Below, piece after piece: positions 20,064 to 31,065 of a stretch of 60,456 nt of DNA. Within the stretch, counting starts at the first letter, position 1. Each line of letters starts with the position of its first letter. The notes below the pieces were generated by a model. That model saw only the letters and a list, made by a program, of their open reading frames with translations. It searched no databases and had not been told where the DNA came from. The DNA comes from an uncultured archaeon (GTDB lineage Archaea > Thermoproteota > EX4484-205 > JAAOZP01): NCBI GenBank assembly GCA_938045545.1, contig CALIBN010000011.1:1-60456 (forward strand), written 5' to 3'. Both the position numbers and the translations under genes were made by a program.

Positions 20064-21555
20064 CCCCTATCTCCTCCACCTCGCTATCACCAGTAACCTC
20101 CAAGCGTATTCCTCCGAAACCCCTCTCCCTAACGTTACACCATTTTATCCTAATGCTTCTCCCAGGAGTCAGCCACGATACTTTACCGGTGTTTTCACGC
20201 CACGCCACTACCTCAATCAAACCAGTATCATCAACAAGATTGAAACGGCATGTTTTAATTCTTTCACCTGAAGCCGAAACAATCTCCTGCTCCTCAGGCT
20301 TGCTTGAGACAACACCCTCCACGTGAACCCTTCTTAAGCCTGGTTCAAGCTCACTCAGCCTGTAAACCTCTTCAGGAACCCTTAGGCGGGGCATGTCCTC
20401 CTCAACCCCTACTATCGTGGTTACTGAAGCAGTGCTCAGTAAAACCTGTCTCCCCCAGCGCTTGGGAACCAGGTTAAGGAAACACACTTTCTTGCCCTCT
20501 CCTATCTGCTTAAGCCTCTCTGCAAAACTGTTCCAAGCAGTTAAAACAGCGTACGACTCTCCGTCTGAAACAATAACGTCCATAAACCTTCTCAACCTGC
20601 CGCCGACTGAGACAACACTGTCGCTGAACATTTTAAGCATGTAGAGTTTAAGGTTTACAGGCTTGCCTGAGCCTATTTTAGAAATGGTGGAGTAGTCCAG
20701 GCCGCCAGCCCCGCCGACAACTTCTAGGTGGCCGAGTGCGTCAAGCTCAAGCTCCAAGCTACCGCTTAAACCCCTTCTAACCCTTGCACCAGCAACCAGA
20801 ACCGTGCTGAAAACATCTTTCTCAGAAATCTTCCCGGAATGCTCCTGCCAAAGGGTTAACGGTATCCTGTTGTCTCCCTCAGCCAAGACGATTCTCCTAA
20901 CAGTCCCCTCGCCACCCCTAGGATCAGTGAAAGTCTTAAGCTCCGAGACACCGGCTATAGTCGCCTTAACGTTAACAACATTGTCCGAGTAACCTACGTC
21001 TCCAAGCCTCTTGAAGAATAATTCTCTCGCAGGCATGTCAAGACTCTCCTCAGCCTTTGAAACACTCCCCATGTTGCCTAAGTGAATCTCAACAGTGCCG
21101 AGCCTACCCTCCTTGCTGTAGGCCCTGCTAACCCTGATAACGTCCCCGGGCCTTATGTTTAACTCCTTCAGCAAGCCAGCCTTCTCCCTCCACAAGTAAA
21201 GGTAGCACCATCCTGAGGAGTCCCCCAGAATCACCCTTGTTATCGGAATCCTCTCACCGTTAGACTCAACCTCCTTAGGCTCAAGAATAGCAACAACCCT
21301 TCCACGCGTAGAAATGTTCGTTAAACCCGAGACTATGTTACCTATCTTAACCTCCTTCTCCAACGAAACCTCTTCAAGCCTTACGCCCAGCTCGTTCGCA
21401 ATGCTGAAAACAGCCCAAACCTCCCTGTAAGCCTCGCTAACCCTGGCTTCCCTTTTCCTCTCCTCAATCATGCGTAGAAGCTCCTCCCTAGTAATGTCCC
21501 TCCTCCTTTCAAGAATCGTGTCAACGTACCTGCGGATAAGCTCTTCTCTAGACAT
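20053..21555 (-). CDS. rpa: Multi-OB-fold ssDNA-binding protein (RPA-like)
   Basis: Four OB-fold repeats with D.SG/D.TG...L..W patterns after an N-terminal helical domain. Confidence 0.85.
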   Translation of the reverse strand: MSREELIRRYVDTILERRRDITREELLRMIEERKREARVSEAYREVWAVFSIANELGVRLEEVSLEKEVKIGNIVSGLTNISTRGRVVAILEPKEVESNGERIPITRVILGDSSGWCYLYLWREKAGLLKELNIRPGDVIRVSRAYSKEGRLGTVEIHLGNMGSVSKAEESLDMPARELFFKRLGDVGYSDNVVNVKATIAGVSELKTFTDPRGGEGTVRRIVLAEGDNRIPLTLWQEHSGKISEKDVFSTVLVAGARVRRGLSGSLELELDALGHLEVVGGAGGLDYSTISKIGSGKPVNLKLYMLKMFSDSVVSVGGRLRRFMDVIVSDGESYAVLTAWNSFAERLKQIGEGKKVCFLNLVPKRWGRQVLLSTASVTTIVGVEEDMPRLRVPEEVYRLSELEPGLRRVHVEGVVSSKPEEQEIVSASGERIKTCRFNLVDDTGLIEVVAWRENTGKVSWLTPGRSIRIKWCNVRERGFGGIRLEVTGDSEVEEIGVEQ

Positions 21556-21807
21556 GCCTGCCCTCTCCTTTTTTCACACCCTTCTTGAGGAACCGCCCAG
21601 GGAGTATTTACACATACCTCTACCGAGCCTGACGCTTAACAGCCCTACTAGCTATAAAGTATATTAACACTATTAAAGCACCAACTGCCAATACTAGGGA
21701 AACCGTCTCCAGCATTTTTACGAAATCGTTAACACTCATCACTAGAGGTAGCCAAGGTAAAGGTTAATAAGCTTTATTTACTACTAAAAACCAATTGGTG
21801 GTACGGG

Positions 21808-22443
21808 TTGAGCAGAGAAGAAGGAGTGAAATTCCCCCTTTCAGAAGCCTTTTCATTCAGCCTTGAAAGCATTAAACGAAGATTCGGAAGAGCACTCGTA
21901 ACAATGGCTTCAATAGTCCTAGGAATATCATTCCTAACATTCCTCCTGACGACGGGCAGAATAGTCTCAGTCCTATACGGGGAGGGATCCGGAGTAGCTG
22001 TACAGTTCTACCAGCTTTGGATGGCGGTAATAGCCCTCTTAATATGCTCCGTAGGAATAGTTAACAGCATGCTAATGAGCGTCACGGAGAGATACAAGGA
22101 GATAGGAACCATGAAGTGTCTCGGAGCAATGAACACGCACGTGCTCGAAATATTCCTAATAGAGGCCCTGCTACTCGGCCTCATCGGCGGCGGCATCGGC
22201 GCAGTAGCAGGATGGACCATAGCGACAGTATGGCAAGCCTTCACGCAGGCCTCCCCCGTAAACATTTTCATGGTTTCCGCAAGCCTCTGGACAGAGTTCA
22301 ACACCAGCAACCCGCTGCTCCTTCTTGCAAACCCGCTGATAGGCATAGCGTTAAGCGTAGTCATAGCGCTGCTAGCAGCCCTAGCACCCGCATACATAGC
22401 TGCGAAACTAAGCCCGACGGAAGCCTTAAGATACGAAGTGTAG
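21808..22443 (+). CDS. FtsX/MacB-family ABC permease (short form)
   Basis: GIVNSMLMSVTERYKEIGTMKCLGA and PAYIAAKLSPTEALRYE. Confidence 0.85.
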   Translation: MSREEGVKFPLSEAFSFSLESIKRRFGRALVTMASIVLGISFLTFLLTTGRIVSVLYGEGSGVAVQFYQLWMAVIALLICSVGIVNSMLMSVTERYKEIGTMKCLGAMNTHVLEIFLIEALLLGLIGGGIGAVAGWTIATVWQAFTQASPVNIFMVSASLWTEFNTSNPLLLLANPLIGIALSVVIALLAALAPAYIAAKLSPTEALRYEV

Positions 22444-22458
22444 GAGGAGGACAGGGAA

Positions 22459-23184
22459 ATGTCTCTCAGATATGAGTACGCGGTTGAAACTGAAGACCTC
22501 GCAAAATACTACGTCATGGGACCGGTGACGGTCAGAGCACTAGACGGGGTCAGTGTGAAAATCAGAAGATCAGAATACCTCTCTATAATGGGGCCCTCTG
22601 GAAGCGGCAAGACAACATTCTTCAACATGGTTGGAGGACTAGACAGGCCGACTAGGGGAAAAGTTTTCATCGACGAGGTTGACATAGCAAGCCTAGACGC
22701 CTACGAGCTCGCATGGCTCAGAGCAAAGAAAATAGGATACATATTTCAAACGTTCAACCTGATACCCGTGTTAACAGCCATGGAAAACGTTACACTGCCA
22801 ATGGTTTTCACAGGCGTCGAAAGAGAGGAGAGGCTGAGAAGAGCAAGAGAAATGCTCACCAGAGTAGGCCTAGGGGAAAGACTGGACCACAAGCCAGGAG
22901 AACTCTCAGGAGGACAGCAGCAGAGAGTAGCGATAGCGAGAGCACTGGTCAACGACCCAGTAATAGTCCTAGCGGACGAGCCCACAGGAAACCTCGACCT
23001 ACACACAGGACTAGAAATAATCAACCTCCTGAAAACACTAAACACGGAGAAAAAAGTAACAATAATAAACGCCACCCATGACCTAAAAATGATCGACGTG
23101 AGTGACCGCATTTTTTGGCTTAGAGACGGTAAAATCGAGAGAATTGAAACCAGGGCCGAAGTCGCTGTCAAAGAAGTGGAATAA
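22459..23184 (+). CDS. LolD/MacB-type ABC ATPase
   Basis: GPSGSGKT, IGYIFQTFNL, LSGGQQQRVAIARAL and ADEPTGNLD. Confidence 0.92.
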   Translation: MSLRYEYAVETEDLAKYYVMGPVTVRALDGVSVKIRRSEYLSIMGPSGSGKTTFFNMVGGLDRPTRGKVFIDEVDIASLDAYELAWLRAKKIGYIFQTFNLIPVLTAMENVTLPMVFTGVEREERLRRAREMLTRVGLGERLDHKPGELSGGQQQRVAIARALVNDPVIVLADEPTGNLDLHTGLEIINLLKTLNTEKKVTIINATHDLKMIDVSDRIFWLRDGKIERIETRAEVAVKEVE

Positions 23185-23218
23185 CCTTATTTAAAAGTAA
23201 CGAAATTACTTATTTTTT

Positions 23219-25303
23219 CTAATAAACTTTCATTTTTAAGATGCCGATTGCATAATCTGTTGATTCTAACGATGACCATGAATCTTCTTTTCGCCATTTG
23301 AACCCCCCATCTAGGTTTTGGAGGGATAGAACGTAATTAACGGCTTTCGATAAAACAGCACTATCGAGTTTGCCGAGACGCTGAAGTGCTAGGAGTGCAT
23401 AATAAGTAATTTCTAGGGTTCCGAACCTTCCATCATCCATTTGTTCCCCTAAGATGAAATTTACTGTTTTTTCGTCAACCCTATCGATTTCTCCCAATAA
23501 ATACAGCATATTCACGGCAAGCGATGTAGCCCACAAAGAGCTAAACCGTTTCTTATCCTCACTATGCTTAGAACTAAAACCTCCATCGAGATTCTTTAAG
23601 GAGAGAATGAAGTTTACAACTTTCTCTTTATCGATGGACGGAATCCTGTTCAGCATATGTAGGGTATCAATGGCTAGGTAAGTGTTCTCAAAATCGGATT
23701 TTTTCCAATCTTCATTTGCTCCGAAGCCACCGTCAGGAAGATGGTGTTTCAAAAGCTCGTTAATAATTCTTTCTATATTGACTTCTTTTAAAGCATTAAG
23801 CATTTTTAGACAGAATACGGCCGAATGAGTTTCACCCGTCTCTCGGTGAAAGTAGAATGACCTTAATAACCTTGATAAGATCCACTGTTTTATCTTCTCC
23901 GTATTCACCCTATTCAGCATTGCTATGTTCTGTAGAATCCTAAGGGCATGTTTTACATCCTCAAGCTGACCTTTGCCTTTAAATCCTCCATCGATGGGGT
24001 TTTGAAACTTGATAATGTTGTTTACGATTTTTGCCTTATCCCCATGTTCAATTTGTTTAAAGCTTTAAGCGTCATTATCACATGATAGTCACCCATATGG
24101 GTCTCCAGTACTCCATTTATCCCCGAGTAAAAAGATTACTTTTTTGGCTGTTGCCTCAGGACCGACTTCGTTAAGTGCATTCAGGATTTTTAGGGATTTA
24201 ACTCCTTCATGAGTGGAATATACTTCCCATTCTTCCTCAGGCCTGCCGGCAAAACCTCCATCCCTATAGCATAACTTAATGAATTTAATTGCTTTATCTT
24301 TATCTATGGAGTCTAACGCGTTTAGGAGTTGGGGCGAACGAATTGCATGAAATGTATGCCAGAGAGAAGAAGTTTCACCGGGTTCATCGGAAAAACCACC
24401 ATCTTTTCCCTGCCTAGATTTTATCCAGTTGATCGTCTTGCCCCAATCCTTTATCCTGTTTAAGGAATTCAGAGAGGTCAGTATTTCGATGGCTTCCCAT
24501 GTGACTGTTAGATCGTCTTCATGGAAAAGCTCATGCCAGCTTCCGTCAGCTCTACGTTCTTCTATGATTCGGTTTGCAAGCCTTTCGGAACCCTCATTAT
24601 CCAGCCTTGATCCCAAATTCTTAAGGGCCTCTATCGCGAAGTATTGTTCTCCGACCTCAAATTCATTAAAGTCAAAATGACCATATACAGACTTACGTGA
24701 CAGAACCCAGAGTGCTACTCTCTCCTTATCTAGTGCATCGATGTTGTCAAATGCTTCTAAAATCGATGTTGCACAGAAAGTATGTCCGATACAATTATCG
24801 GAAAAGTCTCCGTCAGGGTTCAGCCTACCTCTAACGAAGTCGAAAACGGCTTCCTCTAAGCTTCTTTCTTGGAACATTAATTCAAAGTCGAAGAAACGTT
24901 CTTCTTCATAATCCTCTATGCCTTTATAATACCTTACATGGAAGGCCAGTAAATTCTTTCCTGTTTTCAAGTAATCGGTGATGTTTAACCGACAGTTCTA
25001 ATAGCTTGCCAAATGCCGAGCGTTTATATCGCTTAAAACGTTGTATCCATTAACCCAGACCTCTACACCGTCCTCTGAGGCAACCCAGAGGATTGCACTT
25101 TGAGGAATTTTATCTACTGAGAAAACTTTTCTGGCATAAAGGTTGTTAAATGGAACTTTTGTCCTTAAGAAATAGATGTCTTCCCTCATTCCTATCGGAG
25201 TTTTACCCTCAGACCACCCTGCATCACTGAAATCTAGCTCCGTATTCCATCCGTAAGTGGGATTAGCATCGTATAGATATTCCACATAAACCCGTTCGCT
25301 CAT
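23219..25303 (-). pseudogene. Disrupted prenyltransferase/squalene-cyclase-repeat protein with N-terminal jelly-roll-like domain
   Basis: Three track ORFs join into one gene through an in-frame TAG (24998-25000; ASY*NCRLNITDYLKTGKN) and two frameshifts near 24090 and 24045. Repeated Q..DGGF motifs throughout. Confidence 0.75.
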
Positions 25304-25381
25304 CCCCCCTCTCAGGATGATTACGTTACTCAAAACGTGTGTAAATCCTAATGCGCTCTTTCTCAATGTTTCTCACATCGC

Positions 25382-25927
25382 TTAGTCGAATTCGACGAAG
25401 AACCAAAACTTCATATCGGGATATTTATGATGAAACTCCATGGCTCTCGTTAGAAAGGCCCCTGTATGCCTTGTCTCCATGTTAAGTATCCCAATGTTTT
25501 CATCTATCGCCTGCTCGCTCGGCCTTTTAGTGGCCCGCTCAACTAGCTTCCTATCCTCTGGGTCCTCTCTCGATAATAGGGGACCACTAGTGAGCACCTC
25601 GACCTCGTCCCGAACCTCCTTCAAATCTAGTATCTTACATGACCAGAAGACCCTCCGAGCAACGTAATTACAAGGACCCCAGGGATGAGTATTCCTCACC
25701 CATGCCTTCCCCCTATGCCTTAGCCGCTCGTACACTTCCTTCATTCCGCTTCGCTTTGAAAACTTGAGGTCATATGCTGTTGCCAACATTGTTGCTATGT
25801 GCTTCAATCCCTTCTGCCATAGGACCTCGAACTCGTCCACACCGAATGCTTCATTTAGGATGTATGCAGGATGCTCAGGCAATGTTTTTGAGAACGTTTC
25901 GCTGTGCTGAGAAAGATGCTGTTTCAC
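25382..25927 (-). CDS. Hypothetical protein (possibly a 5'-truncated fragment)
   Basis: Open 181-aa frame with protein-like composition; no recognised motif. Confidence 0.45.
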   Translation of the reverse strand: MKQHLSQHSETFSKTLPEHPAYILNEAFGVDEFEVLWQKGLKHIATMLATAYDLKFSKRSGMKEVYERLRHRGKAWVRNTHPWGPCNYVARRVFWSCKILDLKEVRDEVEVLTSGPLLSREDPEDRKLVERATKRPSEQAIDENIGILNMETRHTGAFLTRAMEFHHKYPDMKFWFFVEFD

Positions 25928-26037
25928 TGTTATGATCTTTTCCAGCTTCCTTTATTACCGTTTAAAAACAGTAGTTCTGGTAATAGTTTCGATTTTTGTC
26001 GAAAGCTTTATAAATAAAGCATATTTGAAATAGAAAC

Positions 26038-26640
26038 ATGAAAAAGGAGCGCGTTTACAGGGAAATCCTATATGGTGTGTTTGAAGGAAAAACCAGGGTT
26101 TTCAAGCAGCTTGAGCTCAGCAGGGTCTGTAAACTGTCTCTGAGCACTGTAAACTATACTCTAAGACCGTTGGAACGGATGAATGCTGTGGAGAAAAAGA
26201 GGTTTGGCTTTACTGTGCTGGATCCGATGAAGATTCTGCTGTATTGGGCGTCAGTCAGAAGGTTGGAGAAAGAGATTGTTTATCAAACTTATGTTGAGGA
26301 GCCTGTTGAGAAAATCGAAAGCGAGGTTCCTGCGAACTCTGTTTTCACCGCGTACTCAGCTTTCAAGTTCAGATTTAAAAAAATCCCGTCTGAGTATAGC
26401 GAGGTTGTTGTCTATGGTTTAGCACGGGATTTTGAAAGGAGATTTGGAAAGGAAAGCACACGGTTAAAGCCGAACCTGATAGTTTTAAACCTTGACGAGC
26501 ATCTGTCAAGGTTCAAGATTGCTCCGATTGCTCAAATCTTCGTCGACCTGTGGAACCTGAGATCCTGGTATGCTAGGGATTTCCTTAGGGAAATGGAGAG
26601 GATTATAGATGGAGTTCTGGAACGAGATAGCAATAGATAG
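26038..26640 (+). CDS. wHTH antitoxin-like protein (AbiEi-like)
   Basis: N-terminal HTH (QLELSRVCKLSLSTVNYTL), LLYWAS and C-terminal PIAQIFVDLWNL; TTTATAAA promoter-like sequence upstream. Confidence 0.65.
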   Translation: MKKERVYREILYGVFEGKTRVFKQLELSRVCKLSLSTVNYTLRPLERMNAVEKKRFGFTVLDPMKILLYWASVRRLEKEIVYQTYVEEPVEKIESEVPANSVFTAYSAFKFRFKKIPSEYSEVVVYGLARDFERRFGKESTRLKPNLIVLNLDEHLSRFKIAPIAQIFVDLWNLRSWYARDFLREMERIIDGVLERDSNR

Positions 26641-27226
26641 AAGCTTCAGAATACTTCAGGAGCTGAGGAGGCAAATCGATTTCGTTTTAATAGGCGGGTG
26701 GGCTGTCTACTTTCTGACGAAAGCTATAAAATCAAAGGATATAGACATTATAATTGATTTCAAGGATTTAACCAGGCTTAAGACGAGCATTGGAGTTCGA
26801 AAGAATGATTCTCTGAAAAAATACGAGGCTGAGATAGAGGGAGTATCTATAGACATTTATGTTCCATACTATTCGGAGTTCACTATTCCGCCTGAGGAAA
26901 TCCTTAAAAATACTGTCAGGATTGAAAATTTTAGGATTCCTAAGCCTGAGATACTGCTCATATTGAAGCAGCAGGCTGAACTGCAAAGAAGAAACAGCAT
27001 AAAGGGGCAGAAAGACAGAGTAGACATAATCTGCCTAGCTAAAAGCGGTAGGGTGAATTGGAAACATTACAAGCAGTTGGTTAGAAAGTTTGGAGTTGAG
27101 GAGTATGAAATAAGGCTGTTGGAAATCATAAGGTCTGCGAGGATTGAATTCGAGTACCTGGGAATAAAAAACCTTAGGGAAGTCAGAAAGATTAAGGATG
27201 AGATTATAGAGGAAATCGGTCCTTAG
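26609..27226 (+). CDS. Nucleotidyltransferase toxin-like protein (AbiEii-like)
   Basis: LIGGWAV...SKDIDII polbeta-type motif, LLILK and KD..DI; overlaps the upstream gene. Confidence 0.7.
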   Translation: MEFWNEIAIDRSFRILQELRRQIDFVLIGGWAVYFLTKAIKSKDIDIIIDFKDLTRLKTSIGVRKNDSLKKYEAEIEGVSIDIYVPYYSEFTIPPEEILKNTVRIENFRIPKPEILLILKQQAELQRRNSIKGQKDRVDIICLAKSGRVNWKHYKQLVRKFGVEEYEIRLLEIIRSARIEFEYLGIKNLREVRKIKDEIIEEIGP

Positions 27227-27403
27227 AATCAAGGACTTGCCAGAAAGCCCTTGAATCAGGATAAGATTTACCTAGAATCGTTAGAAGATAATAGGCGTCT
27301 TAAGAGATCAGAATTGCGTGCTAGGGCTCCTATGGGACATGACGTTTACTCTTAAGGAATCTATGCAGGCAGTAGCTACTTGTAAGAAAGATTGCACCGA
27401 CTG

Positions 27404-27847
27404 CTAATACTGTATATGTTCTCCACCACCAGTCGAAGATCGAAGCGAGGGGTAAACTGCAGGAGGTAAAAGCACCATCATTAGTATGCTCTTGTGAAGA
27501 TCATTGAGTTTCAATATACCTAATCCTCCCATGATTCCAATGGATGAAACGCAGAATATTGATAAAGTTACTACGAAATCGAAAAATTTTCGTTCTATTA
27601 AGTCAAGATACATCGCTGGGACAGAAAGTACACACCACAACAATACCACGATAATTATCTTCTTCAACTAGTCTCGCCTGCGCGCTACCGATATATGCAG
27701 ATACGAACCCTTGGTTTTGATTTGACCCACAGTTTCTGCACCCATACCTAGAATGTGAACCGAATCCGTTAAGAAGAATCTGGCTAGAAGGAAGCTGAAA
27801 ACCAAGAATGCTGAGAGCCTAATCTTACACTCCTCTATATTCCACAT
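27404..27847 (-). pseudogene. Disrupted membrane protein
   Basis: ATG at 27847 reads MWNIEECKIRLSAFLVFSF...RRRD*, and the TAG (27668-27670) is in frame with the hydrophobic ORF 27404-27667. Confidence 0.45.
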
Positions 27848-28033
27848 TTCAAATAAATATAGCGTGCACCGGTATTTATTTTTTTAATGCGCATATAATT
27901 AAACGCCTTAAGTAGTCATCTCATCATACTCGTTCCAATTTTCCGTGAACAGCCTGTTCTAAATATTCGAACAGAGTGTTCCAAAACCTAGAATAATTAG
28001 GCCGTGGAGCTGACTATAGATGTGTGAATCCGA

Positions 28034-29882
28034 ATGGCAAGAAGCAGTTTAACAAGGGGGTTGGTCACAGCCCTTTCATTAATTCTAATTGTTTCAACCT
28101 TCTTAGCAGCTTTCATCATGCAGATAAACGAGGAGAATAGTGTTAGAAGTTTAAAGAGCTTCAACTCCTGTGAGGAGATCAGCAGCTTCGTTAAGGCTAG
28201 GGCTGGCGCTATTCTTTATACTAACCGCTTGTCTTACCGTCTTGCGATTCCCCTTCTGGCAGATAGCGCGTTCGGGGTTCCCAAGGGTACCCTTGAATAT
28301 TCTACTGCTAACATTCAGGTTTCCGGCGTGGATGAGGCGGATACGGTTAAGACGGATGGCAAATACATCTACGTGATTTCTGGAAACACTGTTTCCATAA
28401 TTGAAGCCTACCCTCCTGAGAACATGAAGAAGGCCTCCAAGATTAGTGTAGATGGATACTCTATAGGATTGTTTGTGAACAATGGTAGACTTGCAGTAAT
28501 AATGTATGAGGACTTCCCGCTGAAGGATGATTGCTGCTGGTCCTGGGGTACCTCATTGGTTATTTACGATATTTCTGACGTTCAGAATCCTAGGCTCGTT
28601 AGGAAAATCTCTGCCGAAGGCAGATATGTCAGCTCAAGGATGATTGGAAATTATGTTTACATAGTTACGAGCAAGCCAGCAGTCAGGCTCCTCGAAAAAG
28701 ATGTTGAAGTCTTATTCCCCAGGATTGTTTTAAACAGCGTCATCGTCAACATTCCTCCGGATAAAATATTTTACTCGAACAGAACCGAAGCTCCTGAGAG
28801 CTACACGATCATAATTGCGGCAGATCTTTTCGCTGAAGAAGGAGGATTAGAGTCTAAGGCAGTTTTAACTGGCTACGCTGCCTGCATGTATGTTTCCTTA
28901 AGCAACATATATGTCGCGGTGCCCATGTGGATTTACGGCGGAGGAGAATCCACGGAGATACACAGGATTAGGGTTAACGGTCTCGATGGAGTGTGAGGCG
29001 AGTGGCGAGGTTCCAGGCAGGGTTTTAAACCAGTTTTCAATGGATGAGTATCAAGGCTATTTCAGAATAGCCACAACCACCGGCTACGTTGCAAGGTTTC
29101 TCAGCGAGGCTACTAGTGCTAACCATGTTTACGTATTGGATTCTAAGACCCTAGAAATCAAGGGAAAGCTTGAAAAGCTTGCTCCCGGCGAGGAAATATA
29201 CTCAGCCAGATTCATGGGTACAAGGTGCTACCTTGTCACTTTCAAGAAGGTTGACCCGCTTTTCACAATAGACCTAAGCAATCCTGCTGAGCCAAGGGTC
29301 TTAGGCAAGCTTAAGATACCCGGCTACTCAGACTATCTCCACCCGTATGATGATAACTATCTCATAGGCATAGGCAAAGAAACGGTTGAGGCTGAGGAGG
29401 GAGACTTCGCATGGTACCAGGGCTTGAAAATATCTTTATTCGACGTTTCAAACGTCACAAGCCCCAAGGAGGTTGGGAAAATCATCGTTGGCGACAGGGG
29501 GACGGATTCACCTGCCCTATGGGACCATCACGCGCTTCTCTTCGACAAGAAGAGGAATCTACTCGTAATACCGGTTCTTGAGGCAAAGATTTTCCGCGAA
29601 AAATACTCAAGCAGCATACCGCCAAACACTTACGGCGAATACGTTTTTCAAGGAGCATACGTATTCAGGGTTTCACCGGAGGAGGGGATTACGCTTAGAG
29701 GCAGAATAACGCATTTAGAAGACCAAGAGGGGCTTGATAAAAGCGGGTACTACTTCAGCTCGAAGTGCACAGTGACAAGAAGCCTATACGTAGGTGATGT
29801 GATTTTCACAGTTTCCAGCGGAAAAATCAAGGCGAACAGCCTGGCAGACCTTTCAGAAATATCTGAGGTCGAGCTGGACTAA
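28034..29882 (+). pseudogene. Secreted beta-propeller domain protein, single frameshift near 28990
   Basis: YS.ANIQVSGVDEADTVKTDG, NQFSMDEY, EEIYSARF, VTFKKVDPLF.IDL and LKIPGYSDYLHP are split between two overlapping frames. A sequencing indel is possible. Confidence 0.8.
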
Positions 29883-29912
29883 CCCGGCTTTTTTCTCCGA
29901 TGTTCAAAGAGC

Positions 29913-30767
29913 TCATTTAAGCCCCAGTATCTCGTTTTCAAGCCTCTCCGCATACTCTTTGTCTGCGAAGGCTTTGAGGCGCTTCACGCTAGTGTCATAG
30001 GCGTCTATAACCTCCTCCTCTAATGTTTCAGAATATCTCGCCTCAGGGTCTATCTCGCCAAGCATCTGGATGAGAAGCCTCCTCTCCTCCTCCGGCATTA
30101 TTCTCCTATCCGTCATGGCGGCAGCCCTGGCATGAATCCCCTCGTCCAAGAGGTGTTTCAGGGCTTTGAAGGGAAGCTCCTAGAATTTTCCTTGGGCGCC
30201 CGTCCTCATCGTGAAACCCTCCGGCGTAGCAGCCTTGAACGAGACCCTGATGTAGAGCTTACTCCTAAAATCCACAAGCCTCTTAACATGTCTCGCATCA
30301 AACCCCAAGATTACGCCGTTTGTCTCTAAGATGAAGAGAGGATATTTTGAAGTCTTAACATGCTCCAGAACCTTAAGCAGGTGCTCCATTCCTATTGTCG
30401 GCTCACACCCAGAGATGCGGAGCTTGTCAACCTTGGGCAACACTCTTCTCCAATATTTGGGGTAGGATACCCCTTCTTCAGCGGCCTTGAAGAGCCGCCT
30501 AGCAGCTTACTTGGGAGAATAGTATTCACCGAACCTCTCTGGGAAATCTCTCGACCAGTTTGACCAGCAGTAGATACATCTTAGACAGCAGCCGACAGCG
30601 TAGCCAGTGGCAATACCTCTGTAGACGGGTACAGAGTAGAAGCCCGTGTACCTTCTCTCCAAGCCCTCTGACCCAAGCCTAGTCACGATCCGCTCCGTCT
30701 CTTCAGCAAGCCTGAGGGGATCGAAGGGCTTGAAGCCTGAAGCCAGAAACCTTTGATACTTCTCCAA
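29913..30767 (-). pseudogene. Radical SAM protein inactivated by two in-frame stops
   Basis: GCCLRCIYCW motif, RISGCEP and LETNG. The three track ORFs share one frame, separated by TAA (30507-30509) and TAG (30180-30182). Confidence 0.85.
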
Positions 30768-30897
30768 GTTCTACCTGGTTATAGGTAGTAGTAACTAATA
30801 AATGAAGAGTTGTTGTGCTTGACTAAAAACTACTCTGCTTCTGGCTATTTCTTTAGCTTCTCGCCGTCTCAGTATAGAACGCATTCGGAACAACCTA

Positions 30898-30949
30898 ATC
30901 CAGCTGTTAAGCATTGATGCGAAAAATGGACCGGGAGGGACTCGAACCC
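30898..30949. repeat. att-like direct repeat, copy 1 (3' 23 nt of tRNA-Ala plus 29 nt of trailer)
   Basis: atccagctg(t/a)taagcattgatgcgaaaaatggaccgggagggactcgaaccc; matches 33722-33773 at 51/52 positions. Confidence 0.92.
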
Positions 30950-31065
30950 CTGAATTAACAGCCAATCTAATCCAAAACCGTAAATTTCTACTTCGCCCAG
31001 TTTAGGCTTGCTGGTATCTCGCTAGAAATATCTGCTTAAATCCTAAAAATAAAGGAATAATCGTA

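Noticed and set aside
30927-30949. Second tRNA gene or split-tRNA half
   Set aside because: Only the 3' 23 nt are present and they are duplicated together with trailer sequence, which fits an att site.
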